Positions 1-12,267 are shown, numbered from the whole stretch's first letter. The stretch: DNA of 63,906 nucleotides, filler included, from Rhabdomonas costata (GCA_019059605.1; 47 parts of 47 records of this genome joined end to end with filler, not necessarily neighbours in it); one strand, 5' to 3'. The notes: generated from the sequence alone by a model not told the origin. A program made the numbers and translations.

Positions 1-552
1 GTTTGTGTGTGTGTGTTTGACCCTTTCCAGTAGCCGTCCAAAGTTTCACCGCGGAACGAGTCTCCGCCCATTTAAGCGCGCCGATGCTACTTATGTCCCC
101 AACCTGGCCCCTGCTGGCCCCCATGTTTCACTGGGGTAGACCTGGTTGAGGTGGGGCCAGAGTTGCCTTCAGCCTGACGCCTAATCGGAACCAGCGTGTT
201 AGACCGTGATATGGATACGAGCTGATTTCGATGCCTTATAGCGTTCGTGTACCCTTTGCACCCAATTCAATGTGCGTGTGAGTTTGTGGGCGTGAGTATG
301 TGTAAGTGTGTGTCGAAATGCACCTGTTTCACTCTCAATTTACTCTTCGACTCCCCCCTCCCCAAAATAAAAATCCTGTCAAAAGCGCACATGAATCGGA
401 ATACGCGACGCATTGGGAAACAGAAGGTGCCTTTACGCAGTCGATAAGTTGGTTGTCATTTCGATGCTTTCTTTTGCTTTCTTGAGCAACCCTGCACATT
501 GTCTTTTTGTCTTTTAGCATTTCTATTTTCTATGGGAGAATTTCCTCAAAGA

Positions 553-1263
553 ATGGCTGCGGAATCACTCAGGTCATCGAGCGAAGGGGTGTCGAGCGAA
601 GGAGCGAGGACAAGGCCGTGGCCGAGGTCTTGGACTGCCTCTGCTTCCTTCACGATCCCAATGGATTGCTGAAGGGTGCCCATCGGATTTTCGGTGCCAA
701 AGCCCAAAGCTCAGCCCCCCTGCAGGAGGTGTGCAGAGATCTCTCTCGAGGGTTCCCCTCTGGTGCCCTCGCTGAATGTTACGCCGAAACTGAACCTGGA
801 ACCCCTGCCAGCGCTTGTTCACTGCTTGAAGTTTGACACCCGCGTTATGGTATCACTTGCCTCGAGGGCTTTGCCCACGGGTTTTCCCGCTCCACTTGTG
901 TGATGAGGTTTTCAATTCGATTGCGCCCTTCTCCTCCTCCCGCAGCCCAACGATCCGAAGTTTACTCGCGAAGCGGTACTTCGCCTGCAAGCTCGGGCCC
1001 GTGCCCTTCTGCAGGGCGAGCTGCGGCCTGAGCTGGGAATCACGGCGAAGGAGCTTGGCCGGGCCCAGCTCGCGCTGAAGGTCTTCCGGGTCCCTCCGGC
1101 TCAGTTCACGGCGCTGTTCCTGTACAGCGAGGAGATCGAGGTGGAGAAAGAGGACAGGGATGACATCCAGCCTAAAGAAGATAAGCCCAAGGCAGATCAG
1201 CTGTACACATTGCTCACCACCTCCCAGCGCGTAGCCACCTCTGTGCAGCCCTCCACACAACCC
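553..1263 (+). CDS. Hypothetical protein, 3 exons, 3' partial
   Basis: Exons 553-626, 726-849 and 946-1263 join in phase across GT-AG introns (MAAESLRSS...RCAEISLEGS...FDTRVM|PNDPKFTREAVLRLQARARALL...). The last exon follows a polypyrimidine/CAG acceptor and is GC3-rich. No family recognised. Confidence 0.5.
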
Positions 1264-1363
1264 NNNNNNNNNNNNNNNNNNNNNNNNNNNNNNNNNNNNN
1301 NNNNNNNTTAATTAATTAANNNNNNNNNNNNNNNNNNNNNNNNNNNNNNNNNNNNNNNNNNNN
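1264..1363. other. Artificial contig-joining spacer (44 N + TTAATTAATTAA + 44 N); 46 copies across the window, about every 1362 nt
   Basis: Identical 100-nt unit recurs from 1264 to 62645. TTAATTAATTAA places stops in all six frames. The flanking contigs are unrelated and nearly equal in length (1255-1264 nt), as in a size-sorted concatenation. Confidence 0.99.
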
Positions 1364-1717
1364 GTGGTTGTGGGTGGAGAGATCGAAGTGCGGGTGAACG
1401 GGAAGAAGCGACTAGCGGATCTTTTTCTGTATCAGTGGGATGCAGGCAGATATTCGGCATGCGACCTAACGATCAGATGTTCCTGGGCCCCCTCAGGACT
1501 GTGGAGTCCACAAAGGGATCAACTGGCAGAAGCGGAGAAGAACAACAGGTCCCTTGCCCTGTGCAACGAAGCTGGATTGGACGTCCTTCCCGGTGCCTTC
1601 AGCACTTTTTGACGCAAGAGGAGCGCGAGTTTCTCGCAAAGCTGTTTGCTCGGTATGCGAAACGGTTTGTCCGTGATGTTGAACAGCGCTTTCCAGGTCA
1701 AACCAGTGTTGGGAGAC
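1364..1717 (+). mobile_element. Decayed C-terminal restriction-like endonuclease (RLE) domain of a CRE/SLACS-type non-LTR retrotransposon
   Basis: E..V....KRLADLFLYQWDAGRYSACDLTI...AEAEKNNRSLALCNEAGLDVLPGAFSTF, then after frameshifts EREFLAKL...QCWE. This matches the RLE pattern R-(P/A)D-x12-D-x-T...AE..K...C...G..F.P.A..T.G. Confidence 0.75.
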
Positions 1718-1799
1718 ACTTCTTCACAAGGGCGTAGCCATGCAGGAATACCAAGAGGTTACGCTTTCTCTCTCAAGGGGTCACGAAGGGCATGTCGAC

Positions 1800-2626
1800 G
1801 TAGGAGGCTTGACCGTAGTAGGAGGGACGAAGCGAAGCGGAGTAGGAAGGAACGGAGCGTAGCGGAGTAGAGGAAGACACCTGGTAGGAATGCCAATACT
1901 CAATCACTCAACTCACCCTTTCACTCCAACTCACAACTCAAGGCCCCAGAGAGCCACGCACCCTTCATCCCCTCGACATCCTCACAGAAAGAAACATGCG
2001 ATACAGAAGCCGTAGAGACACAGACCGTTGAAAAGAAGGCGTAGAAACAGACACCGTAAGACAGGAAGGCCTGGAGACAGAACCAGCAACAGGAACACAC
2101 ACAGAAGGCAAGGACACAGAAGCAGGAACCCTCACACTCAGCTTGACATCGCGCACCACACCATTACCCTGACACTCCACCAACTCCCTCACACCAGCAG
2201 CAGGAACCCGAACAACAGAAGCAGCTACAACATACGCAACATCAACACTACCAACAAGGCCTTCAACATCAACACGAACACCAGGAACCACGACACCACC
2301 AACGCTCGAGACACCAACAGCAGGAAGCACACAACAAGCACTAACATGGACCGGTACACACACCGACACACCATGAGAGCGAGAAGGAAGCCACACTGAC
2401 ACCGACACCGACAGGAGACACAACATGCACCTTACCACCACATCCCACAACCTGAGCCCCAACCTGTGACACCGTGACACCACCATCCTACGCAACACCC
2501 ACTGCAGCATCAGCACCACCAACCCCTGACACAGACACAGCATCAACACAACGACCCACTCCAACTCCTGACACAACTCCAGACACAGACCCTGACGCAA
2601 CTCCACAACCAACGCTACGACCAACA
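1800..2626. repeat. Strand-skewed (A/C-rich on +) segment preceded by GCGAAGC and GAGCGTAGCG mini-hairpin motifs; family member 1
   Basis: GCGAAGC at 1832-1838 and GAGCGTAGCG at 1855-1864, then about 730 nt strongly depleted of G and T. Shares short words with 16354-17616. Confidence 0.7.
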
Positions 2627-3448
2627 NNNNNNNNNNNNNNNNNNNNNNNNNNNNNNNNNNNNNNNNNNNNTTAATTAATTAANNNNNNNNNNNNNNNNNN
2701 NNNNNNNNNNNNNNNNNNNNNNNNNNGGGTTTTGGGAGGCCCATTTTATATACAATAGACCCTGGGCCTGCTTCGGCTTTGCTGTCATTACGGAGCTAAG
2801 GATACCTCTCTTAGGCGGGTGGGTCTTCCTTCTTCGGGGGGGTTTTCTCTTGTTTGAATCTGCGGTTCTTGATTCTCTTCAATGTGTTTATGCTTGACGG
2901 GGCGTCTATCCTGCAGTGTTTTTGGGCTACGAGATGTTGCTCATGGACAAAGGGATCACGTTTCTCGAGTACCTGTCCTATGGGAAGGGTAAGTATTATG
3001 CTTCTGCGTGTGTGCGTGTATGAGTATGTGCATATGATTCGGTTGGTGTATGTACGCATCATTGATTTGGCTTGGTGTTCGCATCGATTTGCTTTTGGGG
3101 CCTCGATTGTTTGTAGACCCTAACCTAGGTGGTTCCGGACCGATGCATGATACGCATCTACATGCACTTCTGGGGATAGTATCACATAAGAAACGAATCC
3201 CGGCACTCGGCAGGAGTGCCGGAGTCAAAGGGATCCTGGAGAACGTCTAGACACCTGGGAACGTACTCCAAGAAACACCAACAGGGGGTACAAAACGCAA
3301 ACGCCTGAGGCGCTAAAAGGGTCCAGAATGCAAAGCCGTCAGCGCAGCAGCAAGCGCAGAAAGACGTGCGGATGTTCGGAACAAGGGATGAAGTAGACGT
3401 GAGTAAGGTGACCGTGTCTGCAGTGGGCTGTTTGCTGTGCTGTTTTAG

Positions 3449-3809
3449 GTCGGGAGGTGGACTTCGAGGGTGCCTCCGTTTTCCTCAAGAAGCTCTCTGC
3501 CGGCGCTGTGATGCAGCTGAGGTCGAGGCAGGTAAAGGCGTCCTGGGCCTCTCCTGTCACGTATCACACTCCCGCGCTTCAGCGATCCGCTGCAAGGCTC
3601 CGGGAAGTCGACGCCACAGCCACAGCTATTTCCATTTCTTTTTGAGATTCGGATCGCATCCCCACAGGTGTACCACCTGTACACGTCGGAGATCACGCTG
3701 GTGACGAAGTGGGCGCTGTACTACGGAAGCCTGGCGCACTACACCAACTCCTACCTCATGGACCACACCGTGTTCCTAATGGCCTACACGTTCGTGGTGT
3801 ATGCCCAAG
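3449..3809 (+). CDS. GSL: 1,3-beta-glucan synthase (GT48, FKS/callose/paramylon synthase-like), 2 internal exons
   Basis: Exons 3449-3531 and 3668-3809 (GT-AG, phase 0) give GREVDFEGASVFLKKLSAGAVMQLRSRQVYHLYTSEITLVTKWALYYGSLAHYTNSYLMDHTVFL. This aligns with the GT48 block KGRD.G...I..F..K...G.GEQ.LSR..Y.L......R.L.FYY...G...N. Confidence 0.8.
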
Positions 3810-4897
3810 GTGCCGTTGCTACATGAACGCATCTCTGTATCCGTGGCTCGTGGCTGGGGGATCGCGAGCTCGAAGAAGGCAACGGGCTGCCCCAGTTCAA
3901 TTCCCCAAACTCCCAAAACATCTGATTCTGAGCCCGAGTCTGGCAGCCCCCGTTGCCTAGTCCTCGCTGTCATGTGCAGCACAAAAACANNNNNNNNNNN
4001 NNNNNNNNNNNNNNNNNNNNNNNNNNNNNNNNNTTAATTAATTAANNNNNNNNNNNNNNNNNNNNNNNNNNNNNNNNNNNNNNNNNNNNTGTGGTGTGGC
4101 CTACTGTTCATTTCCCTGACGTGAGGCGTTAGACCGTGCTGCTGAAAAAATCTGCTTGCCATCCGTTTTTTGAAAATATGGGAACACTTAGCTGGGCGGT
4201 ATGGGACGGCTTCGAGCAAGCCTCCTCGCAGGTGATTTTGAGGGTTTGAGCAGATTGGTACGATGCTGTGTGGCTGCGGTGCGTTTATTCTCCGAAACCG
4301 AACGAACTACGACTTGAAAGCTTTCATACTCCCCGAGGAAAATGAGCTTGTTGCGCTATTCGTGTTCTAAAAGGTTGTCAAACACCTCTTCTGCGACGCG
4401 GGAGCCTGCGTGTTGAGAGAGAAATGTGAAGCCACATGCAGTTTCTTCTGCACCCTCGGTCAGGAGCCTTGTTGGTTTATGGGCTGTGGTCATTCGGACC
4501 AGTCCTTCCAGCGGGCAGTGCTGCCAATCCGCTTGGTTACTTTCATTATGTGGGCATCGTGCTCACCTTTTGTGCCGAATAAACCAAACCAAGGTAAACA
4601 TGGCTCCCCGCCGGCCTCCGAGAGACTGGAGCCAGGGCGCCGCGGACTGCCCCCTTCCCTACACCCTTCTGCAGCGTTCAAGGGCAGCCTTTATCAGCAC
4701 CAATGGCAGGGTATGCTTAAACGTGAAATCATCGTGTAATTCGAATTCGATGTGTGTGTGTGTGTGTACGTGTCTCATCCTTGCCAAGTGCACCAAGTGT
4801 GTGTGTACGTGTGTGCTGGACCATCAGATAAAAACATCCCCCTGGTCAACTGCGCGAAAGAATGCCCGAACCATCCACGCAAATCTGTCTGTGACTG

Positions 4898-4960
4898 TGA
4901 GTATGAGTATGAGTATGAATATGAGTATGAGTGTGAGTGTAAGTGAGTGAGTGAGTGAGT
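4898..4960. repeat. Compound microsatellite (TGAGTA)n/(TGAG)n
   Basis: Directly visible tandem hexamer grading into a tetramer. Confidence 0.9.
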
Positions 4961-5973
4961 GTATGTGTCGTTCCCCTTTTCAATTTCATATTGCAATAAC
5001 GTATTGCAATAATAGGGCGGGGGAAAGGGTGGCAACGTAGACGGTGAGTCGTGGACGGTGCAGATTCTAACCTTGTATCAGGTGTCATATTGTTGGAGTT
5101 AAAAAGGTCAGCGGAATTCTTTCGTCCCGGTCCCAATTTCCCAAATTCAGATTTCTGCGCGTGTTTCCTCGCTTAGCCGTTGTCGTTCAGCAAGCGCGTG
5201 TACCACCAACCCCTTGCAAAGGCTTGTTGTGGATTCTGAGAACGGAGGGGGTCGAAAGAGGAAAGGCAGAAAGCAGCACTGGAACTGGAAAGGTGGATGA
5301 AATGAAAAGATGTCCCTATCCGGTGATCCGCGGTTGCGGTTGACCAAAACCCNNNNNNNNNNNNNNNNNNNNNNNNNNNNNNNNNNNNNNNNNNNNTTAA
5401 TTAATTAANNNNNNNNNNNNNNNNNNNNNNNNNNNNNNNNNNNNNNNNNNNNTGGGGTCTGCGCAGATGAACGGGAGGGACATCTTTTGCCATTCATTTT
5501 TGGCTCCATCTGTCTCTCTGCATGTTTTCACGTTCCCATTCAAGAACAAACGTCTCCATTCAGAATTCAGATGAGACTGATGTTCGTTTTCAGACTCCCG
5601 AATTTGCCACAACACTCCCCGATGAGAGCACGGACGTGCTCGAACCGACTCCATCATCAATTCGAATCTCCAGACTATTTCCAGGCAGGTGCTCGTCTCT
5701 TTAAACCAGCCCTAGCAGTTCCCAGGGACTGTCGGATTTAAACTGAATTCCAACTAAAACCGACGCTGCTCAAATCCCTTGCGCATTTCAAAACCGTTCT
5801 TTTCTTGAAACGACATGCACAGCGTGTACACACACATGTACCGTACCGTCCACACGAACAGCATCCACACGAAGAGAAAAGGAATCCCGCTTGAGGGTCA
5901 CCACCGAACAGGGCGCTGCACCGGCCCCTCTCTACTACTATACACCCGCAGAATCATGTCTCCACACAGGCCC

Positions 5974-6715
5974 TCACTCCTGCGCAGCGATTTCCGCCCG
6001 GACCTCTGCGTCGGCATGATCGGCGGAAATCTGCTGGGAGGGCGACTTCAGCAGCCACTCCTGCACACTCTGCTGAAGGGCCCCATAGGCCCTGGAGGCG
6101 GTCCATTTGGTGTAAAACTGACCCACCTAGGCAATCACACGAACGTCCTTTCCTCGAATAACAAAGGGAAAAGATCCTCTCCAAAAAATGGCACTTCGAT
6201 GACTTTAATACGACATACAAAAGGAGGGGGGGTGCAAAATATGCAACCGACGGACTCAAAAATGCGAATAATGCACAGCAATGCAAAGTAACCCAAAACA
6301 AATTCATTTGAGGCCAAAATTTTTATGGATACGGAAGGCACTGCGGCACATGCAGGAGTGCTTTCCGTGCAGCACCACAAAAACAATTTACAAGAAGGAA
6401 CGCGAGTGAGATGTGAGATCCAGATCCAGAGCTGATCATATGAAGGTCAGGAAGGGCTGAGAAAAAGCAGCCTGGGATTTTCAATATTTTACTTCAGCCC
6501 AAATACCAACAGATTCTCCGATTTTTCCGGACCTCGCTTTGAAAGCTGTCCATTTTTTCCACGCTTAATTATGCAATTGGAAATCTGTGCAAAAATTGGG
6601 ACTTGGAAACCTATTCTACAGCTGTTCAGATTTCGTTTTGCCGCAAGAGCAGAATTCGCTCCCCTCGGGGTTGAAAACAACCTGATCTTGCAGCATGTCA
6701 TGGGTGTACATCTCC
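5974..6715 (-). CDS. C-terminus of a W2-domain protein (eIF5/eIF4G/eIF2B-epsilon type), last 2 exons
   Basis: Exons 6715-6682 and 6117-5974 (GT-AG, phase 0) give EMYTHDMLQDQ|FYTKWTASRAYGALQQSVQEWLLKSPSQQISADHADAEVRAEIAAQE*. Fits the W2 boxes Y..D.L.E....W and ...EWL followed by an acidic tail. Confidence 0.55.
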
Positions 6716-6903
6716 NNNNNNNNNNNNNNNNNNNNNNNNNNNNNNNNNNNNNNNNNNNNTTAATTAATTAANNNNNNNNNNNNNNNNNNNNNNNNNNNNN
6801 NNNNNNNNNNNNNNNGTGGGGGGGGGGGGGCTGGAAGTAACTGAAGGAGCGGTGCCCCCTCCCCTTCAGCCTGTCCCTCCCTCCGCACCGTTGTTTTTTC
6901 CAG

Positions 6904-7607
6904 GTTCATCATTTCGTTCTGATGGCTCACCAGAAGAGCCAAAGAGTACCCCAGATCAGGCGCAGTTTCCTAGTCACTCATCTCTTCTCTCTTCGCTTTG
7001 CGGATCCTCTGAGCCCCTCGCCTTGCTATCATGCTTCATGCTTCTTGCTTTTTGCGCGTTTCGTTTCGGGTGTATGCCTATTTCCAAACTGTTCATTGTT
7101 TCCCCGCCCCACTCCTCTTCTGTCAGTACTCTGGTGTACTGTTGAGCACGTGCCCAACATGTCTCCATTTCCAAGTTCTCTGCTCTTCGTTCCTTGTTCT
7201 TTAAATGGTGAACAGTGCGCATCTGCTGTAATGGGGCTGCGTGCTTTTCTCATTTGGAAACCTTGCGTGGGAAAATAGCTCTCGGCTGTTTCTCGTGGGA
7301 AAAGAAGACGAATTGTATTTTGCCATAGAGAATTTGTGTCAGCCAGATAAGGTTTTGCAAACAAGGGGAATCTGTTTCTTCAATCTGGTTGAGCTGGATG
7401 CGGGTGGGTGGCGTAGTTAACAAAAAAGGGCGCATCGGGTTTTGTGTTGACATCGATGCAGGAGGAAGAACATGTCGCAGATCTCGCTGGGGATGTCGCC
7501 CCTGCCAGCGCAGACTCCATCTGCCGCGGAGTCCGCGGCGATTCGGGCGGAGATTGTGTACCTGAAGGACGCTCTGCAGGACGCGCGGCGCCGCCGCCTG
7601 GATCTGG
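6904..7607 (+). CDS. Hypothetical protein with a short coiled coil, 2 putative exons
   Basis: GC3-rich exon 7462-~7607 (RKNMSQISLGMSP...AIRAEIVYLKDALQDARRRRLDL). Upstream exon 6904-6959 joins in phase only through a GC donor (CAG|GCGCAG). Confidence 0.35.
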
Positions 7608-8583
7608 TGGCTTCACCCCACACCCCGCCAGCAAACCCACCAACCCAGAGCAAGACTGGCAAGACTGCCTTTCTGAAGAGACAAAGGGCACAGCTACCTC
7701 AACAAGCAGTTTACAAAAAACAACCTGCGAATACAACATTGGTTTGGAGGTTGTGTACGGCGGCCAGCAAAAGGACAGACACACACGGCGACGATCGCTC
7801 CGAAGGTGACACTTGCGAGCACTCTTGGCTATCAGCGCGTGCGCGCGTCAGTGTTCACCAGCAACCATCAGGCAACAACCAGCGCACCTCCCTATCACCG
7901 CTATTATGCGCCGCACCCAGCAATGGCAGATTCCGTCGCTCTCAGCCTTCAAACAGTGTGTGCACAGGGTGGCTTGCGCACTGGCGTTGGGATGGTGGGG
8001 TTTGGGTTGCAAATGCACTCCTGCACGGTTGCTTGGATCCAAACAACCGTGCAGGAGTGCATTTGCAACCAAAACCACNNNNNNNNNNNNNNNNNNNNNN
8101 NNNNNNNNNNNNNNNNNNNNNNTTAATTAATTAANNNNNNNNNNNNNNNNNNNNNNNNNNNNNNNNNNNNNNNNNNNNGGTTTTTGGGGGGGGGGCTCCT
8201 ATGTCTATAATAATGACCCCGGCGTCGCGGGTGTCTCTCTTCCCAATGACGCTGACTTGACTCGGGGGTTAGTATGGGCCCAAGTCTTGTCTTTCTGTTG
8301 TTCTAAGGCCCATGCTTTGGACAGGGGTTGATATTCTGACTGCTTGCAAAGGTCAGCCACCAGTTCAACGACCAACACTCACAGGAAGGAAACGTCAACA
8401 GCTTGTGCTTGTCGCTGGACCAGCACGCTTAACTGATGCTGCCACAGGCTCGAGGTAGATCTTGTGATTGCTGATGTCATCCATGTTTCACTCGAAAGCG
8501 AAAAAGACCTTCAAATCGGGCGGACAATGGATGTTAGTCTTTGATTAGCCGTTGGTCCCTTGCCTCCCTTGACTGCATGACAG

Positions 8584-9133
8584 GTCACGAAATGAAATTC
8601 GAGATGGAGGCGGATGAATCCCCTGATGTGCTTCCTGGGGATGTCATCCTAAAGGTGCACACCGCGGGACATCCTGTGTTCAAGCGCAGTGGCAACGACC
8701 TTCACATGGTTCGCCCTTTTTTTAAGTTTTGTTGGCATGAGGCAACACCACACACTGTAAACATTCAACAGGCTTTTCGTTGGAGCTTGAGTTTGGCAAT
8801 GAGGTGGGATGAGTGTGGGGTAGTGACAATCGGGCGGTTTGGAGCTGTGCCTTTTTTTGTCGGACTGGGGAACTCCGATTATAGTATTTCTTTCTCGAAG
8901 AAGCTGACCTGAATGGCCCTCTTCGCTCGCTTAGCCTCGCGCCGTGCTAGCCGTTGTTGCCTCTTCAGTCGTTGAGGATCTCCCTCCTGGAGGCCCTGGT
9001 GGGGTTTTCTCGAGCCGTGATGCACATGGACGACCACGAGGTGTTGGTGAAGCGTAGTTCCGTCACTCCCCATGGGACTCAGATGACCATTCGTGACGAG
9101 GGGATGCCCAAGCATAATGTTCCCTCGGAGAGG
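8584..9133 (+). CDS. dnaJ: DnaJ/Hsp40 C-terminal peptide-binding domain (ERdj3/DNAJB11-like), 2 exons
   Basis: Exons 8584-8708 and 8969-9133 (GT-AG, phase 0): GHEMKFEMEADESPDVLPGDVILKVHTAGHPVFKRSGNDLHM|SLRISLLEALVGFSRAVMHMDDHEVLV...IRDEGMP. Contains the hallmark PGD, HP.F.R.G.DL, I.L.EAL.G and EGMP motifs. Confidence 0.93.
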
Positions 9134-9658
9134 GTGCGCATTCACCTTGCTGCTTCTTTCTCAAGAATAATATCGTGCGGGAATGATGTCAATAAAAAAT
9201 GTGAGTCAATCACAGCCTGGCTGTCATGTGTTTCACTCCGCTGTAGCTTTTTCCAGAAGCCCGGTGTTCAGAAAATCTGTATTTTGTCTGATGGTCTTGG
9301 GATTTTCTGCGGTTTTCTTCTTTTGCTTTCGCAATTGAGACCGATTTGGTTGAGTCTCTTGAGCTCAAGGATTAAGTTCTGGGGAAAAATGTTGTTGAAT
9401 TTGATACAGTGGTCTTAGGCGATGATTTCAACACAACAAACNNNNNNNNNNNNNNNNNNNNNNNNNNNNNNNNNNNNNNNNNNNNTTAATTAATTAANNN
9501 NNNNNNNNNNNNNNNNNNNNNNNNNNNNNNNNNNNNNNNNNGTGTTGGTGTGTTTGGGTGGTTGGGGGAAGAGAGAGGTAACGCGCTTTCGTTTTCCCTG
9601 GTATTGCGCGGGGTCAGTCGTGGGACGTGCATGGCACAGTGTACTCTGGTGGACACAG

Positions 9659-10379
9659 TTCACTTTTCCACATTCGACGTGGCCCTATCCGCCGCGTCTT
9701 GGAGTTCTTCTTCAGTTGGGTTTTGTTTCTTCCAAAATAATCATGACACTGCCGCTCTGGGCACCGCGGTGGGGTGTCTGCGCTGAGTGCAGCCTTTCCC
9801 GAATGCAACGATTAGCGGTGAACAATTTTAAGTGAAAAAGAGTGCAGAGGACAAGAGATACAAAGAGACAAGAAGAGAGAGGTAGGGAGTTTTGTTTGTA
9901 TGATCCCCCATGCCCCATTTCCGCGGACCCAAATCATCGCACCTAAGAATGAGCTGGGTTGGGTTTCCTTTCCCTCAATTTTAGCCCTGAAACAAAAGGC
10001 TTTGGAATGAGGAATGAGGAATTGTGTCGGACGGCTCTGGTGGCAGCCACTGATATGACAATGATGGGAGAAATGAAATGTAAACGCCGCAAAAGATTTC
10101 TTCGCAGGTACCCCCCACCCTGCTTTTTGCGTTATCTTTTTTGGTTTGGTTCCGCCCACCTGTCTGTGATCCCTCACTTTTGCTCCTCAACCAATGAGTA
10201 CTGTTCAGGTTCCCGCGCCACCAGCGTGGGAAGTGGTAGGCCATCCCTACCACGGGCTTCGCCGCAACCCCTCTTCGGACTGTCTCCCCACTCTCCACCG
10301 CCAGCACGGAGAGACAATCACTCAGTTCCGGGAGTTTGCCGCGCAGAAGTTGTGGGCTGAAATTCACGCGATGCATTAC
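9659..10379 (+). CDS. Hypothetical protein, 2 putative exons
   Basis: Exons 9659-9719 and 10209-10379 join in phase (SLFHIRRGPIRRVLEFFFSW|VPAPPAWEVVGHPYHGLRRNP...KLWAEIHAMHY|GTGTGT). Confidence 0.4.
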
Positions 10380-11232
10380 GTGTGTCCCCCCCCCCCCTCC
10401 ACACACACACACCGCCCTCTGGCCTTGCACAGACAAGACACATGTTCGTGTATTGAGAGCTTGTGTGCTTTCGTTTGTTTTTCGGATCGAAAGTAGTCTT
10501 TTGAGTCTTTGTAGTCGTCAATGAAGGGTTTTTTGGAGGAACCAGTTGTCACTGGAAACAGAAACGGAGTTAAAGCTTTTGCTTATGAAAATGTCAGGTA
10601 AAACAGTATCAGCACCCTTGAAATGTTTTTGCAGCCTCGTAACCACTGCTGGCTAAGTATGGCCAATGGCTAGGATCATGGCGGGCGAGTCAGGCAGCAC
10701 TAGTTTGTAGGAGAAGGTCAGTGGCTCGGCTGGGGCGGGACCGTGACCGGGTGGCCTTTAACGACTTGTGAAATTGCCTTGATACCGCTGCTAACAACAA
10801 CCCCNNNNNNNNNNNNNNNNNNNNNNNNNNNNNNNNNNNNNNNNNNNNTTAATTAATTAANNNNNNNNNNNNNNNNNNNNNNNNNNNNNNNNNNNNNNNN
10901 NNNNGTGTTTGTGGGACTCATAGTTCACGATTATGGTCATGCTGTGTGGACATTGCACAAAAATCACCAAGACTTTCTTGTAGATGCACTTTTAGGGAAG
11001 GAAAAATCATCCGATGAAAAGCACCACGCCTGCTGACACAACGGCGAAAAGCATTGCAGTTCGCATCGAGAGTGCAACTAAAACTACGTATGTTATAGAA
11101 ACGGTTCAGTGGGCAGAGCTGACACGAGACATCAGCAGCTATAGAACGGGGGAGCTGTAATCTTTGCAACACGAACGGGCCAGCTCTTCGCACGTCCTGC
11201 CTCTGCGAGCGCCCCATCATTCTGAATTTCAG

Positions 11233-11887
11233 AAATTTCGCACGGTGGTGCTCGTCTCCGGCACCACCAAAGAGGGCGCCCATGAGATCTTCCGGTTCCG
11301 CCACGTCGCCACAATCACTGTACCGGGCAAGGCCCAGGTGCTGCCGGTGTTTGAGCCCTTGTTCCGGATCTCGCCCTTTGCTGCCGAGACATCCCCGGGG
11401 GAAGATGCTGAGGTCGCCCGCAGGGGTCTTCGGCAGCTCTTCTCCGGTGGGCTTCTGTTTGAGGTTTTTTCTTCTGCTTTTGGGCTGGTGTTGATATGTG
11501 TGTGTCATCCGCTTCGCATCGGTTTTGTTTTAGACTCTGTCGCCTCAGCGGGTAGTTAGTTTGTTCTCGTGGCCGCGCATCTATTGAGCATCATGAGTAT
11601 TGGAAAGTCAGTTCACCCAACAATCGCACTGTTTAGATTTGGTGCGGAGGATGAAGCTCGGGCAATGGTTCCGGCAGCTGGTCATCATGCCATGTGGTTT
11701 GCGCACAGTGCAGGTGCCGGCGATGGGTTTTGGGGTTGGGAGATAAAAGAAAAAATGTATGTGGGCTCATCCCTTTCCTTCAGAGGGCTCTTTTCCCCTT
11801 GACTTGCCGTGTGAAGCCGAGGTGTTGCATTGCTGGAGGTTGCTGCCGGTGCTTACCCTGAGCACCCTCGTGGAGCTGCACGAGAAG
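11233..11887 (+). CDS. Class III adenylate/guanylate cyclase, end of catalytic domain, 2 exons
   Basis: Exon 11233-11446 KFRTVVLVSGTTKEGAHEIFRFRHVATITVPGKAQVLPVFEPL matches K.Y.T.ILVS..T......F.FR....I.VKGK......YE. It joins in phase 1 to exon 11817-11887. Confidence 0.8.
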
Positions 11888-12267
11888 GTGTTTGCATCAT
11901 CATTTGAGTGGGTGCGTTCGATTTTGGATGGGATTTGTGAGCCAAAAGCACCAGACACAAGCGAGAGACTAGCTGCAGGTTTTGCTGTCAAATGATCGCC
12001 GCAGAGTGATGGAGACTTTTGTTTCTTTATGGCTGGGTCCTTAATAACACTTAACAACCCTTCCAAGGCTGGGCCTGCGGTGAGAGTTTGTTTTTCGTTT
12101 TATGTTGGCCGTGGCAAGAGTTAGGGGCATGTAAATCCACAAACTAACGCAAGGTAAGTCTCTACAANNNNNNNNNNNNNNNNNNNNNNNNNNNNNNNNN
12201 NNNNNNNNNNNTTAATTAATTAANNNNNNNNNNNNNNNNNNNNNNNNNNNNNNNNNNNNNNNNNNNN

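Noticed and set aside
1308-1319. Regularly spaced identical TTAATTAATTAA units resembling a CRISPR array or periodic repeat
   Set aside because: Embedded in N runs; a synthetic six-frame-stop linker. The ~1.36-kb period reflects size-sorted contigs.
2517-2526. GGGGTTGGTG on the minus strand, close to the kinetoplast minicircle CSB-3 sequence GGGGTTGGTGTA
   Set aside because: Incomplete match in G/T-rich sequence, with no CSB-1 or CSB-2 at the expected spacing.
1965-2624. 219-aa Val/Ser/Cys-rich ORF (and the similar 188-aa ORF at 17000-17566, plus Thr/Pro-rich antisense ORFs)
   Set aside because: Long frames are expected in G/T-skewed, A-poor DNA. No motif recognised, so not called as genes.
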